64,000 nucleotides of DNA, from sequence record PZ445526.1; one strand, written 5' to 3'. Position 1 is the stretch's first letter, and every line of letters begins with the position of its first letter. A program made the translations under genes and the position numbers. Origin of the DNA: a phage. The notes beneath the pieces are model-generated. The model ran no database searches. It saw nothing but the letters and a program-made list of their open reading frames with translations, and was not told the origin of the DNA. Of the stretch, positions 38,209-47,831 are shown piece by piece.

Positions 38209-38895
38209 TTAAAAATCGTGGGTAGAATCAGCTTCAAGAGCTACTACATAATTCGCATGTTCACCTTCAAATTTAGCAGCACCTTGTTTACCTTTTGCCC
38301 AGAGCAGAAGTTTATAATTTCCTGGTTGCATTTTCATATTTGCCATATTGATAATGAAATTAAATGTATTTTCACCATCATAATCACCAAGAGTCAAAGA
38401 ATATTTAACACGGGTCAGAGCAGAATCTTCTACTTTATTAAAACCGTTAATTACGATTTTACCTTCTTTTACCGTGATAGCAATTGTATCAATTTGCAGA
38501 CCACGAGATACACGCAACAGTTGTTGAAGGTCTTCAGCTTTAATTTCAGTAACAACAGATGCTACCGGGAATGGAATTGGTTTATTAGGAGCAACTACTG
38601 TGCTCGGATCGGCTGCTGGCCAAAAAATTGTTGAGCGGGCATCAGCAATTTTAATATTTCCATCTTCTGACTGGGAAATTTCTGCATCATCATTAACTAG
38701 AGACAGAATACCGAGAAAACCGTTCAAATCGTAAATTGCTACATCAAAATCAATAACGTCAGAAATATTTGCTTCCGCATAAGTTGTACCATTAACTGCG
38801 CGAGTCATAATAAATTGACCGGATTTAAGCATAATACCGGAGTTAATAGTAGCGAAATTTTTAAGCAGAGCAGTAGTATCTTTAGACAGTTTCAT
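38209..38895 (-). CDS. 45: sliding clamp gp45
   Basis: 228 aa; size and position match T4 gp45; MotA-box middle promoter upstream. Confidence 0.9.
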   Translation of the reverse strand: MKLSKDTTALLKNFATINSGIMLKSGQFIMTRAVNGTTYAEANISDVIDFDVAIYDLNGFLGILSLVNDDAEISQSEDGNIKIADARSTIFWPAADPSTVVAPNKPIPFPVASVVTEIKAEDLQQLLRVSRGLQIDTIAITVKEGKIVINGFNKVEDSALTRVKYSLTLGDYDGENTFNFIINMANMKMQPGNYKLLLWAKGKQGAAKFEGEHANYVVALEADSTHDF

Positions 38896-38924
38896 GTAAT
38901 TTCCTTCAATTCAAATGAGATTTA

Positions 38925-38951
38925 ATTTTATAACTAATTTAATAAAGCAAT
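38925..38951 (-). promoter_or_regulatory. MotA-dependent middle promoter for gene 45
   Basis: MotA box ATTGCTTTA, 12-nt spacer, -10 TAAAAT. Confidence 0.55.
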
Positions 38952-39340
38952 TAACGATTAAAATCAGCCGCAATTGTTTCCGCAACAATTTGAGCAGCAA
39001 CAATTAAACGTTCATCTGCATTACCGCAATAATCATCTTCAAGGCGTTCACCACATGAAGTCATAATAAATTTAGCACCGGCGTTTAGGGATTCTGCAGT
39101 ATGTTTGCGCATTAGTTCAATCCATTTATTACTTACTTCACGATCGATAGCTTCATAATACGCATGACGAGCAGGTGCAGATTTAATTTTATTCTGAATA
39201 ACTTCCATTGCGTTATCAGAAAGAGACAAAACCCATGCTCGACGAATTTTATTTTGGTTTTGTGGATTTGATTCAGAACGCACGTGTTTTGGCTGAATAT
39301 CTTTTACATCAACAGTATAATTCACAGTAATTTTAGTCAT
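38951..39340 (-). CDS. rpbA: RNA polymerase binding protein RpbA
   Basis: 129 aa between genes 45 and 46; size and position match T4 RpbA. Confidence 0.7.
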   Translation of the reverse strand: MTKITVNYTVDVKDIQPKHVRSESNPQNQNKIRRAWVLSLSDNAMEVIQNKIKSAPARHAYYEAIDREVSNKWIELMRKHTAESLNAGAKFIMTSCGERLEDDYCGNADERLIVAAQIVAETIAADFNR

Positions 39341-39349
39341 AATACACCT

Positions 39350-39538
39350 TTAGTCATAATAATCAGTAACAGTCCAAGCTTCATTTCTATTGGACATTAT
39401 TTTTGTATATTCTGCTTTAAATGCATTCCTAAGCATAGATTCAGTAACTATATGCTCTTCATTAGAAAAATTATTTCTCAGAATATATCGTTTTATTTCA
39501 GGAATGGTTAATAGATGCTGTCCGGTTGAATATTCCAT
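39350..39538 (-). CDS. hypothetical protein (62 aa)
   Basis: ORF track, ATG with SD GGAGGAAAA; own middle-type promoter. Confidence 0.45.
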   Translation of the reverse strand: MEYSTGQHLLTIPEIKRYILRNNFSNEEHIVTESMLRNAFKAEYTKIMSNRNEAWTVTDYYD

Positions 39539-39555
39539 GTTTTTCCTCCATAGAG

Positions 39556-39580
39556 ATTATACTCTAATAAATTAAAGCAT
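39556..39580 (-). promoter_or_regulatory. MotA-dependent middle promoter
   Basis: MotA box ATGCTTTA, 11-nt spacer, -10 TATAAT; inside an 8-bp inverted repeat. Confidence 0.5.
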
Positions 39581-39593
39581 AATCTCTTATAAA

Positions 39594-41276
39594 TTAAACC
39601 ATTACAGTAAATCGACCAACTTTCTTCATTTGAAGATGCTGACCGTATGCTTGTGGGTCATGGTCTCTATGCGAAATAACAAAAACATTAGTATTTTTTA
39701 AACTATCTAAAATAGTTGAAATAGCTTTTACACCTTCAACGTCGGTCGCTGAATCAAAAACTTCATCAAGAATCAGTGTGTTTATTTTAACACCTGAAAC
39801 TTTTTCAGCAATATCACGCCAAGTAAATAAAAGAGCAATATCAATTCGCGCTTTTTCACCTTGACTAAATGAAGCATAACTAAAATCTTCACGACCACGG
39901 GATTTAATTGTCTCATTAAATTCTTCATCTAATGTAAACACATAATCCGCTTCCATTATTTTAAGATAATGGTTAATCTGCTTATTAAATAATGGAATGT
40001 ACTTTTTAATAATAGCACCTTTAATACCAGAATCTTTGAGCATATCAGTCAAAATTCCTCGGTGGTATTTTTCCATTACTAAATTAGTTTTTGTCTTAAC
40101 AATTTTATCAAGTTCTTCTTGAAGCAGTGCTATTTCATCAGCATGGTCAATAAACTCAGAAGATGCTTTTTCTATAGCTGCTTTAACTTTTTTAGCTTTA
40201 TCTACCGTCGTGATTAGAGATTGCTTTTTATTGCGAATATCATTTGCCAACGACTGTTGGGTTTTAATATTATCTCGGTATTCATCAACAAGAACTTTTA
40301 AATTATCACGATGTGTTGAAAGCTGTTCAAACGAATGCGTACATTCAGAAACTTTATCTTTAATTTTAGAAACAACTTTATCACCGGAACTTAATTGTGA
40401 CAAACAGGTTGGACATAATCCACCTTCGTGATACATATTAATGACTTTATTATACGAGTCAATTTTTGATTTAATTAAAACTGCTTCTTGACCGATTTTA
40501 TTAAATGCATCAGTCGGGTCTTCATCCAAAACAATATTAACTAATCTTTCATTAGCTTCTTCTATTTCCGATTTTAGCGTTCTAGCTTCCTTTGCCAAAT
40601 CGTCATACATATTCTGCAGACGAGTAAGGTTGTCACCAGACAATTTTTTCTGGCGTTCAACGTTATCATTATATATTTTAATTTGTTGGATAATACTATC
40701 TTTTTTAACATCAAGCACTTGGTTCTGCGAATTTAATTCACGTATTAGTGCTTTATTAAGCTTATCCATTTCAGCTAATGTTCCTACCTCGAGCAGGTCT
40801 TCCACAAGCTTTCTTCGCGCAGGGGTCGACAAACCCATGAAAGGGGTATACCCTGCTGTACCAAGGACAACAATCTGCTTGAAACTGGCATATGACATTC
40901 CGATAAGCTGTTCAAATTCTGCTTGGAAATCTTTACTGCTGGCAGATTCATTAAGACGTGTACCGTTAACGGTGATTTCGAAAACGTTTGGTTTTTGTCC
41001 TCTTTTGATATAGTACTTTTTCTCATCATATTCCATCCACAGTTCAACTAAAAGTTCTTTCTTATTTGTGCTGTTTATTAATTGACCTTTCTTTACATCA
41101 CGGAATGGCTTGCCAAAAAGCCCAAATGTGATGGCTTCTAACATAGTAGACTTACCACCGCCATTTCGTCCAGTAATAAGAGTTTTTTGAACCTTATCTA
41201 ATTGAATGTCAATAGGATTTCCACCTACTGACATTATATTTTGATACCTAACTCGGTTTAGTTTAAAATTCTTCAC
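39594..41276 (-). CDS. 46: recombination nuclease subunit gp46 (Rad50/SbcC-like)
   Basis: 560 aa; Walker A GRNGGGKST, zinc hook CPTC, signature FSQGEKARID; GTG start with SD AAGGAA. Confidence 0.9.
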   Translation of the reverse strand: MKNFKLNRVRYQNIMSVGGNPIDIQLDKVQKTLITGRNGGGKSTMLEAITFGLFGKPFRDVKKGQLINSTNKKELLVELWMEYDEKKYYIKRGQKPNVFEITVNGTRLNESASSKDFQAEFEQLIGMSYASFKQIVVLGTAGYTPFMGLSTPARRKLVEDLLEVGTLAEMDKLNKALIRELNSQNQVLDVKKDSIIQQIKIYNDNVERQKKLSGDNLTRLQNMYDDLAKEARTLKSEIEEANERLVNIVLDEDPTDAFNKIGQEAVLIKSKIDSYNKVINMYHEGGLCPTCLSQLSSGDKVVSKIKDKVSECTHSFEQLSTHRDNLKVLVDEYRDNIKTQQSLANDIRNKKQSLITTVDKAKKVKAAIEKASSEFIDHADEIALLQEELDKIVKTKTNLVMEKYHRGILTDMLKDSGIKGAIIKKYIPLFNKQINHYLKIMEADYVFTLDEEFNETIKSRGREDFSYASFSQGEKARIDIALLFTWRDIAEKVSGVKINTLILDEVFDSATDVEGVKAISTILDSLKNTNVFVISHRDHDPQAYGQHLQMKKVGRFTVMV

Positions 41277-41536
41277 AAAAGATTCCTTTTAATGTATCTT
41301 TTAGACCATTCTATCATATCATCATAATCTAAAAAGTATTCATCAAATTCAGCCATGCAAACAACACCTTGTGCTGTTTTTGATGTAATATAAATTATTC
41401 CAACATATCTAGAATCTTCTTCGGTATAATCAATGTTTGCTATGAATTCATCATTAATGTCAAATGTCGAAAACTTCACAGTATGCATCCTTAATACAAG
41501 ATACAGCCATATCTCGTAATGATTTAGGTGTGTCAT
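41273..41536 (-). CDS. hypothetical protein (87 aa)
   Basis: ORF track, ATG start; overlaps next ORF by 77 nt. Confidence 0.4.
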   Translation of the reverse strand: MTHLNHYEIWLYLVLRMHTVKFSTFDINDEFIANIDYTEEDSRYVGIIYITSKTAQGVVCMAEFDEYFLDYDDMIEWSKRYIKRNLL

Positions 41537-41723
41537 TATCTAAAATGTTGAAGTTAAAAGATACAGCCCAGTCAGTGCAGACCGTGACCTTTTTAATACA
41601 ATTATCTTCAACCTCTAACGGTTCAAACCAATATTCAATAATTTCTTTATGTCCAATATCATCTTTTACTTCGCATTCAAAATGCTGACTCATCATAACA
41701 TTTTTAAATTCATCAAAAGTCAT
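41460..41723 (-). CDS. hypothetical protein (87 aa)
   Basis: ORF track, ATG start, 4-nt overlap with gene 47. Confidence 0.45.
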   Translation of the reverse strand: MTFDEFKNVMMSQHFECEVKDDIGHKEIIEYWFEPLEVEDNCIKKVTVCTDWAVSFNFNILDNDTPKSLRDMAVSCIKDAYCEVFDI

Positions 41724-42739
41724 TGTGTTGCCTCTACATATAACTGATTTGCATATTGAATAAGTGCTTCGCGATCAGAATCAGTGATGTCTGGAATTGC
41801 ATTAATGTATTCTTCCATCAATGTCTGAAGAGATTGAACTTCAACTTCTTCACTGTCATCTGACTCGACAGAGTTATCAATCTTTGACACAACTCGTAAC
41901 GAATGCACAACTTTTTCTAGTTCAGATTCGAACTTCGTCAGATTTTTGTCTACTTCAGTTACTATAACACGTACTGATAGATTTGTAAAATCTTTATAGT
42001 CAATTTTTCCTTTAAATGGATAATGAATTCTACGATGCCAGGTAGTATTGTTTGGAATAAATTCCATTCGTTCTGTTTCTGTATCAAACACCCAGAACCC
42101 ACGAGGGTCATTCTCGTCACCTGCAGTTAGTGTCCATGGTGTCCCAATATATCTGACGTTTGCAGCCTCAGAGATAGTATGGAAGTGACCAGACCACACT
42201 TCTTTATAAGTCTTAAGGAAATCAGGTTCAAGACCGTGAGATTTCATTCCTTTATAAAAATAAAATCCATTCAGTTCCCAGTGACCAACACAAAAAGAAG
42301 CAGATGAAGTTTTGATGTGCTCAAGAATTTCACCAGTATTTTCTTCACACATCCAAGGAATTAAATCAATTAAACATCCGTCAAAATCTACCGTAGTAGG
42401 CTTATCATATACTTTAACATTAGGATATTTAGCCAAAAGCTCAGTAGAGGCATTTGGATGCATTACATTTTTGTAGTGGAGATCGTGATTTCCTACAACA
42501 GTATGTAGGGTAATACCAGCATCATCAAGCATTTGAACTATTTCACGGGCGAACTCCATAGTTTTATGCGTGATTGCTTTTCGCACATCAAAAATATCAC
42601 CGTATTGAATCCATACCGTAATTCCATTTTTCTTAGAATATTCTATCGCTTGCTTAATTCCATCAATTTGAATACCGCGAATCCACTCATCATCAGCTTT
42701 AACGCCTAAATGCCAATCACCTAAATTTAAAATTTTCAT
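41720..42739 (-). CDS. 47: recombination nuclease subunit gp47 (Mre11/SbcD-like)
   Basis: 339 aa; phosphoesterase motifs GDWHLG, GNHD, GHWE, GHFH. Confidence 0.9.
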   Translation of the reverse strand: MKILNLGDWHLGVKADDEWIRGIQIDGIKQAIEYSKKNGITVWIQYGDIFDVRKAITHKTMEFAREIVQMLDDAGITLHTVVGNHDLHYKNVMHPNASTELLAKYPNVKVYDKPTTVDFDGCLIDLIPWMCEENTGEILEHIKTSSASFCVGHWELNGFYFYKGMKSHGLEPDFLKTYKEVWSGHFHTISEAANVRYIGTPWTLTAGDENDPRGFWVFDTETERMEFIPNNTTWHRRIHYPFKGKIDYKDFTNLSVRVIVTEVDKNLTKFESELEKVVHSLRVVSKIDNSVESDDSEEVEVQSLQTLMEEYINAIPDITDSDREALIQYANQLYVEATQ

Positions 42740-42884
42740 ATATCAAGAACCGTCATTGAAATGCAAAATAAAATTATTGAAATAAATCCATCTAGAGTGC
42801 TAAAGAACCCAATCCAACATGCTCTAGTGAATAGATAAAATGCAAGAAAAAGTATCACATATCCAAGAAATATCATTATATCAA

Positions 42885-42899
42885 ACTCCGTATAAAGCT
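42885..42899 (-). promoter_or_regulatory. candidate middle-type promoter upstream of gene 47
   Basis: AGCTTTATA, 12 nt, TATAAT directly after UUCG hairpin; same layout as gene 39 candidate. Confidence 0.35.
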
Positions 42900-42900
42900 A

Positions 42901-42916
42901 AAGGGCCGAAGCCCTT
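42901..42916 (-). other. UUCG hairpin overlapping the alpha-gt stop codon
   Basis: AAGGGC-UUCG-GCCCUU. Confidence 0.4.
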
Positions 42917-44118
42917 TATTTTGTAATAATGTCAAACTGTTCTTTAAAGCAGAAGCTTGAATCTTGGTGCTGATACAAAAATTCATATGCTTTTTCTCGC
43001 TCACGGTCATAAAGAGCTCGGTCAGATGACAGTTCTTTAATACGCTCGAGTGTTGATTCCATATCATTTTCATCAAACCAAATGATACCGCTATCATGCG
43101 AGGTCAAAGGAGTATTATCAACACGGAATTTTAAATTTTCGCCAGTAGATTTCCAAAATACCGGAATTGTTCCACATGCACCAAGCTCGAGATGAGTATA
43201 TTCTAAAGAACGTTGTAGATATTTTTTGTCCAACTTACTCAGCTGATAACCAAATCCGGATTTACTCATGCGTTCAAGCATTTCGCTATTTACATAACGG
43301 TCAAGAATTTGCGTTGGCAAATTAGGAGCAATTTTAATTTGGTCTACTTGATGAAGACGATAATACTCGTATGGAATTCCTTTTTCTTTAATAGGAATGA
43401 ACGCTGGAGAACGTTCCAGACCTTCCATAATAGTACTTAGTCCTGCAGGTTTAAGATGTTTTTCGTGAAAATCAAACATCTGGTAAAAACCTTTCCATGT
43501 AGTCGTACGACCAATCCAACGGTTGATATTCATGTTAATTTCAGAAACATCTTTCCAGTAGGTTGATCGAACCTTCGCAATATCCATAGGAGGCTGAAAG
43601 TTGTATACGGTCGGTGCTTCTTCAATATCATCAAACAGAGAAACTGTTTCTGGATACCATTCTTTCATCAAAACTTTATTAAAGTCACCATTATCAGAAT
43701 GGCTAAAAATAACATCAGCTCGACGAACAGTTTCTTCTAATCCCAAATTTCGACGCAAAGAAAGAGAAGAATGGTCATGTTGATAAACTACAACACGAAC
43801 CGAAGGTTTAATGTTATCAATAATTTTTTTATAGTTATTAATAGTGTCTTCTTCAACTGAAGTAGCAGGAACTGAATTGATAATTAGAATATCACAATCA
43901 TTTACCAGCTTAAGTGTTTTATCGTATTCTTTTGCCAATAAAACCGGAATTGAAAATGATTTATAATCATGTGCACAGTTACGAGTAAATGATTTATCTT
44001 TAGCATAAACCAAAGTTACTTCATGACCATTTTTAATAAACCAATCACGTTGCTCAAGAGAAAATTTAGTTACACCGCAACCTTCAAGACCTCGAGCCAT
44101 AAAAATACATACTTTCAT
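42916..44118 (-). CDS. agt: DNA alpha-glucosyltransferase
   Basis: 400 aa, MKVCIFMARGLEGCGVTKFSLEQRDWFIKNGHEVTLVYAKDKSF... matches remembered T4 alpha-gt. Confidence 0.9.
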   Translation of the reverse strand: MKVCIFMARGLEGCGVTKFSLEQRDWFIKNGHEVTLVYAKDKSFTRNCAHDYKSFSIPVLLAKEYDKTLKLVNDCDILIINSVPATSVEEDTINNYKKIIDNIKPSVRVVVYQHDHSSLSLRRNLGLEETVRRADVIFSHSDNGDFNKVLMKEWYPETVSLFDDIEEAPTVYNFQPPMDIAKVRSTYWKDVSEINMNINRWIGRTTTWKGFYQMFDFHEKHLKPAGLSTIMEGLERSPAFIPIKEKGIPYEYYRLHQVDQIKIAPNLPTQILDRYVNSEMLERMSKSGFGYQLSKLDKKYLQRSLEYTHLELGACGTIPVFWKSTGENLKFRVDNTPLTSHDSGIIWFDENDMESTLERIKELSSDRALYDREREKAYEFLYQHQDSSFCFKEQFDIITK

Positions 44119-44142
44119 TTAATATCCTCTTTGTTTTGGTTT

Positions 44143-44168
44143 ATTTTACCAAAAATTTATAAAGCAAT
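44143..44168 (-). promoter_or_regulatory. MotA-dependent middle promoter for alpha-gt
   Basis: MotA box ATTGCTTTA, 11-nt spacer, -10 TAAAAT. Confidence 0.55.
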
Positions 44169-44169
44169 A

Positions 44170-44187
44170 TAGGAGCCGAAGCTCCTA
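44170..44187 (-). terminator. UUCG hairpin upstream of alpha-gt middle promoter
   Basis: UAGGAGC-UUCG-GCUCCUA. Confidence 0.45.
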
Positions 44188-44358
44188 TCCACATAATACG
44201 CCATACAGAGGCTCGTTAGAACTTCTAAATTTTCTGCGCTTATATGTTATAGTTCCTTCTGCTTTAGCTTTATCATGAGACTCTTTAAAGCGTCTCATCA
44301 TTTCCTCTTTAGAGGAACTAATTTTATTATAATCTATTTCAGAAGTCTGGGTGTTCAT
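44185..44358 (-). CDS. 57-aa basic protein (not in ORF track)
   Basis: MNTQTSEIDYNKISSSKEEMMRRFKESHDKAKAEG...; stop lies inside UUCG hairpin. Confidence 0.35.
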   Translation of the reverse strand: MNTQTSEIDYNKISSSKEEMMRRFKESHDKAKAEGTITYKRRKFRSSNEPLYGVLCG

Positions 44359-44361
44359 CTT

Positions 44362-44568
44362 TCATAACTGCCACCATTTTTTAACTTGATAAGAATCAAC
44401 CCACACTTTCATATTAGGGTCTGCTCTTACAATAGGAGGATTAACTTCTTTAATTGAACTATCACGGTATTCTTTTTCAGAAATTTTCACACAAAGATGA
44501 CCATTCAAAGATTCAGTAAATCCTGCATTAATTTTAAGACGCTTGAATTTTACGTGTGTAAGCATCAA
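44362..44568 (-). CDS. hypothetical protein (68 aa)
   Basis: ORF track. Confidence 0.4.
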   Translation of the reverse strand: MMLTHVKFKRLKINAGFTESLNGHLCVKISEKEYRDSSIKEVNPPIVRADPNMKVWVDSYQVKKWWQL

Positions 44569-44851
44569 TCATATCCTCAATCTGCGATCTAGTAGTCTTC
44601 CAAAGAATACTAATGAGTTCATCGTTATATGGCTGTTTTAGAATATCCCGACTTTTCTTGATAGCATATTCGTATTGAGCAAAATTATTATTTTCAGCTG
44701 CAATCTGAGCGTGCTTATAAAGACGATTCAGTTCGCGTTTGTTTTTAGACAATAACTTATTTGCTTTTCTTTCTGCTTCAAGACGGTTCTTTTCTTCAAT
44801 AGAAGAAATAAGCTTTTCCACTTCATCATTAATTTCGGGTTTATCAGTCAT
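44534..44851 (-). CDS. hypothetical protein (105 aa)
   Basis: ORF track. Confidence 0.5.
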   Translation of the reverse strand: MTDKPEINDEVEKLISSIEEKNRLEAERKANKLLSKNKRELNRLYKHAQIAAENNNFAQYEYAIKKSRDILKQPYNDELISILWKTTRSQIEDMIDAYTRKIQAS

Positions 44852-44852
44852 A

Positions 44853-45071
44853 TTATTTCTCTAATATAAAATAAAAATCATCATCTGTTAAATGATACCG
44901 ATAGTTTAATTCTACACCATTAGATTTAAAAGCGGTATCATACGGATTTTCTGGATCAATATCAATGTCAAGAGCTAAAACTTCCCTGAGATACATTTTA
45001 AGTAAATAGGGAATAGCTTCAACTTCAGGTATTTCTTCCAAGAATCCGGAGAGGTTAATCGTTAGCCTCAT
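44853..45071 (-). CDS. hypothetical protein (72 aa)
   Basis: ORF track. Confidence 0.5.
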
Positions 45072-45612
45072 ATAAAAAATCCAAACTAGGAGAATCGTCT
45101 ACAACACTTTTCTTTTCAGCCCCCGGTGTTCTATAGGTTGATTCTTCGTAATGCGTCATTTTATCGTAGATGTCTTGAATAAAAGTTTCATCTACTAACG
45201 CAACCATATCGTCGTCACGGCTGTCATAGACATTGTGAACGAAGTAACTATATTTCTTTGCAACTTCCTTACGTTCTTTTTTAATACGTTGGACGAATGC
45301 ATTAAAACAAGCTTGAGTTATATACGCATGTGGATTTTTATATTTCGTTTCATCAAAATTATGAAGCCCCTTAATAGAAGCTTCTATACCATCTGCAATC
45401 ATTTCTTGTTTCCAAGACTGGGTGTATCCTGAAAAGTTGAAACGTTTAGATAAGCCTTCTGCAATAAGCATAATGGCTAATCCGATAGTATCATTCTGAC
45501 GAACTACTTTATTTGGGTCTTTATTATTTGCTAATTCTGTTTTCCAATCAATAATAGCTTGTAAAAGCTCTTTATTGTTTACGTAATTATATTTAGGCTT
45601 AGTTTCTGACAT
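45055..45612 (-). CDS. 55: late-transcription sigma factor gp55
   Basis: 185 aa from ATG at 45612 ([17 protein letters not shown]...), track begins at GTG two codons upstream. Confidence 0.85.
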
Positions 45613-45690
45613 TTTCACCTCTTAGCTTAATTCATAGATCTATTATATCATAATATTTGAAGATCTATCTTAAAGCATAGAGGATATCAG

Positions 45691-45960
45691 TTATCTAAGT
45701 AAACAGTATGCTTGGAATACTTTTTCCATCATCTTTTTAAATTCATGAATATCTATATAATGACTAGTTAAATCAGCATGATATAAAAAGTCTAAAAACT
45801 TTTCATGTGTATTAACATATTCGCTTTCATTTAATTCAGAAACATGGCTTTCCCAATATCCAACACCAGTCTTATTTGGGAAAAATGAAATTTTCATGTA
45901 TTGGTCAACATAGAAAATGCCATAATTTTCAATAGTAATAGAAATATTAATAAATTTCAT
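45691..45960 (-). CDS. hypothetical protein (89 aa)
   Basis: ORF track. Confidence 0.5.
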   Translation of the reverse strand: MKFINISITIENYGIFYVDQYMKISFFPNKTGVGYWESHVSELNESEYVNTHEKFLDFLYHADLTSHYIDIHEFKKMMEKVFQAYCLLR

Positions 45961-46172
45961 ACATTCATCAACTTAGCCGCTCCAAGAGCTGTATCTAGTG
46001 AATCAAATTGATCAACATATTCAATCAATTCGCCGTAATTGGCATATAACCACCATTGGCTAAATTCATACTCAAGGATGAATCCATTTCCTTCAATTTG
46101 AGTTAAACCATTGCCGTTTGTATTTACTTCATATCCGGCAAGACGCAAATCGTTAATAAGAGTTTCGTTCAT
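45957..46172 (-). CDS. hypothetical protein (71 aa)
   Basis: ORF track, 4-nt overlap. Confidence 0.5.
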   Translation of the reverse strand: MNETLINDLRLAGYEVNTNGNGLTQIEGNGFILEYEFSQWWLYANYGELIEYVDQFDSLDTALGAAKLMNV

Positions 46173-46174
46173 AA

Positions 46175-46501
46175 TTATACCTTAGTAATTTTCAGGTCTG
46201 CAAATTTTTTCTTGCGTTGATTTTTCATGCGACGAATAGTTTTATCGGAAATTTCATGCTTTTGATAAGCTTTAGATTCTACACCAAAAGCTTTAACATC
46301 AAATTCTGACAAGATATATTGAACCATCAATTCGCGGACAGTGTTGCGTCCAATTTTCTGATCATTCTGTTTCATCGTCTGATGAAGCTCTTTTTCCCAT
46401 TTATCCAAAATTTGAGGAGTTACAATATCGCCTTTTTCTAGCAAAGAAACTACTTTATCATATGCGTAAGAATTGATGGCGTTTTTAATTTGAATAGTCA
46501 T
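46175..46501 (-). CDS. hypothetical protein (108 aa)
   Basis: ORF track. Confidence 0.5.
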   Translation of the reverse strand: MTIQIKNAINSYAYDKVVSLLEKGDIVTPQILDKWEKELHQTMKQNDQKIGRNTVRELMVQYILSEFDVKAFGVESKAYQKHEISDKTIRRMKNQRKKKFADLKITKV

Positions 46502-46529
46502 ACATTATCCCCAATTACGTTAAAATTTT

Positions 46530-46555
46530 ATTATCCAAAAAGGGCCGAAGCCCTT
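46530..46555 (-). terminator. UUCG hairpin terminator-like
   Basis: AAGGGC-UUCG-GCCCUU then UUUUGGAUAAU. Confidence 0.45.
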
Positions 46556-46754
46556 AGCTAAACTTTTTTGCACCCTTCCAGCCTTCGTACATCATTGCGA
46601 CTGACAATGACAAAGCTCCTTCACATGCTGCATACTTATTATTCCAGAACCAATTTAGAAAAACTTCATCCTCAATACCATTGTGTTTCATGTTCTGGAA
46701 AAATTTGGCGCGTTCTTCAGCAATTCGCTGCGATAATTTAGATTCAGGATTCAT
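46554..46754 (-). CDS. hypothetical protein (66 aa)
   Basis: ORF track; followed by hairpin terminator. Confidence 0.45.
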   Translation of the reverse strand: MNPESKLSQRIAEERAKFFQNMKHNGIEDEVFLNWFWNNKYAACEGALSLSVAMMYEGWKGAKKFS

Positions 46755-46886
46755 TTAAATTTCCCAATTGCCATTTTCATCAATAAATTTAATCCAGTCA
46801 TTTACTGACCACTTAGTTGTATCGCCTTTTGGAGTAACATTTAAAGTATATAGCCCTTGCTTAAAAAGCATTCGTTTGATATTCAT
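46755..46886 (-). CDS. hypothetical protein (43 aa)
   Basis: Track ORF trimmed to ATG with SD GAGGAAA. Confidence 0.35.
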   Translation of the reverse strand: MNIKRMLFKQGLYTLNVTPKGDTTKWSVNDWIKFIDENGNWEI

Positions 46887-46893
46887 ATTTTCC

Positions 46894-47187
46894 TCAGCTG
46901 TAACGATAACACTCGTTTGATTTACGTTTAGCAACTCGTTGAGAAGTATTATAATCAAAATCATCATCAATGTAAACTGATTTTTTCAACTTTCTTACTT
47001 CACCGCGTAATTGACGATTTAACTCATCTTTAACTTCTGAATCAATACCTTTCATTCTACGCCATTTATCTGAGCGAAAAATGTTTTCAACCATATCTTT
47101 ATGACTTACACCATCAGGAGCTTTACGCTTTCCGAAATAGTCATAATCACGCACTTTTAAGTCTTTACGACGATACGTTTTACCCAT
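46894..47187 (-). CDS. hypothetical basic protein (97 aa)
   Basis: Track ORF starts at GTG; internal ATG at 47187 with SD AAGGA. Confidence 0.45.
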   Translation of the reverse strand: MGKTYRRKDLKVRDYDYFGKRKAPDGVSHKDMVENIFRSDKWRRMKGIDSEVKDELNRQLRGEVRKLKKSVYIDDDFDYNTSQRVAKRKSNECYRYS

Positions 47188-47362
47188 GGAGTTTAATTTC
47201 CTTAGCAACTGAACTAAATGCAGCACGATCGCAAATCATGCGTTTATGTAACTTGAGTATAATATAGCAAACTTCAAAACTATTTACATGAGTAACACGA
47301 ACAGCATTACCATTAATGAGATAATACTGTCCCTTTTTAATTTCTTTATCAACCATAACCAT
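47180..47362 (-). CDS. hypothetical protein (60 aa)
   Basis: ORF track, ATG with SD GAGGAA; early promoter 47393-47422. Confidence 0.45.
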   Translation of the reverse strand: MVMVDKEIKKGQYYLINGNAVRVTHVNSFEVCYIILKLHKRMICDRAAFSSVAKEIKLHG

Positions 47363-47392
47363 ATCAATTCCTCAAAGGTAATTCATATGTTA

Positions 47393-47422
47393 ATAATACC
47401 ATAGTTTGAACTTGTTGTAAAC
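47393..47422 (-). promoter_or_regulatory. early promoter cassette
   Basis: GTTTAC-N18-TATTAT, TGG-extended. Confidence 0.6.
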
Positions 47423-47489
47423 AACTTTGTGAAAAATATTTTAGGGAATGATAAGAAAGGAACGATAGCTTAGAATGGTAATATACAGA

Positions 47490-47516
47490 ATGTGAGAAAG
47501 AAAGGCCCAGAGGGCC
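47490..47516 (-). terminator. rho-independent terminator after nrdH
   Basis: GGCCC-UCU-GGGCC followed by UUUCUUUCUC. Confidence 0.5.
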
Positions 47517-47520
47517 CGTC

Positions 47521-47829
47521 TTAATCTTCTATGATATCTCTATCATATCCAAGTGAAATGAGAGTTTCTTTGAAGTGTTTAATGTTCTTTTGTCTAGAAT
47601 CATTAATGAAAATGACTGGATAACGAATGTTAAGAGATGTGAATCCAGCGCGTTTAGCAAGAGATACAATCAGCGGACGATCATACTCAATCTTACCATT
47701 ATTTGTAAGAACTTTATAGAAAGTAAAAGGAGCATTGAGCTCCTTTAGAAGTTTTGTAACTGATTGACATCCAGGACAACGACCTACTTCATCTGGAATT
47801 CCATAGACTTCAATCTTATTTTGTTTCAC
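47521..47829 (-). CDS. nrdH: glutaredoxin-like protein NrdH
   Basis: 102 aa, CPGC redox motif; GTG start with SD AAGGAA. Confidence 0.8.
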   Translation of the reverse strand: MKQNKIEVYGIPDEVGRCPGCQSVTKLLKELNAPFTFYKVLTNNGKIEYDRPLIVSLAKRAGFTSLNIRYPVIFINDSRQKNIKHFKETLISLGYDRDIIED

Positions 47830-47831
47830 AA

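Noticed and set aside
45638-45669. Two AGATCTAT repeats 21 bp apart upstream of gene 55
   Set aside because: Short direct repeat containing a palindromic hexamer in AT-rich DNA; no further structure, so likely chance or part of the gene 55 promoter.
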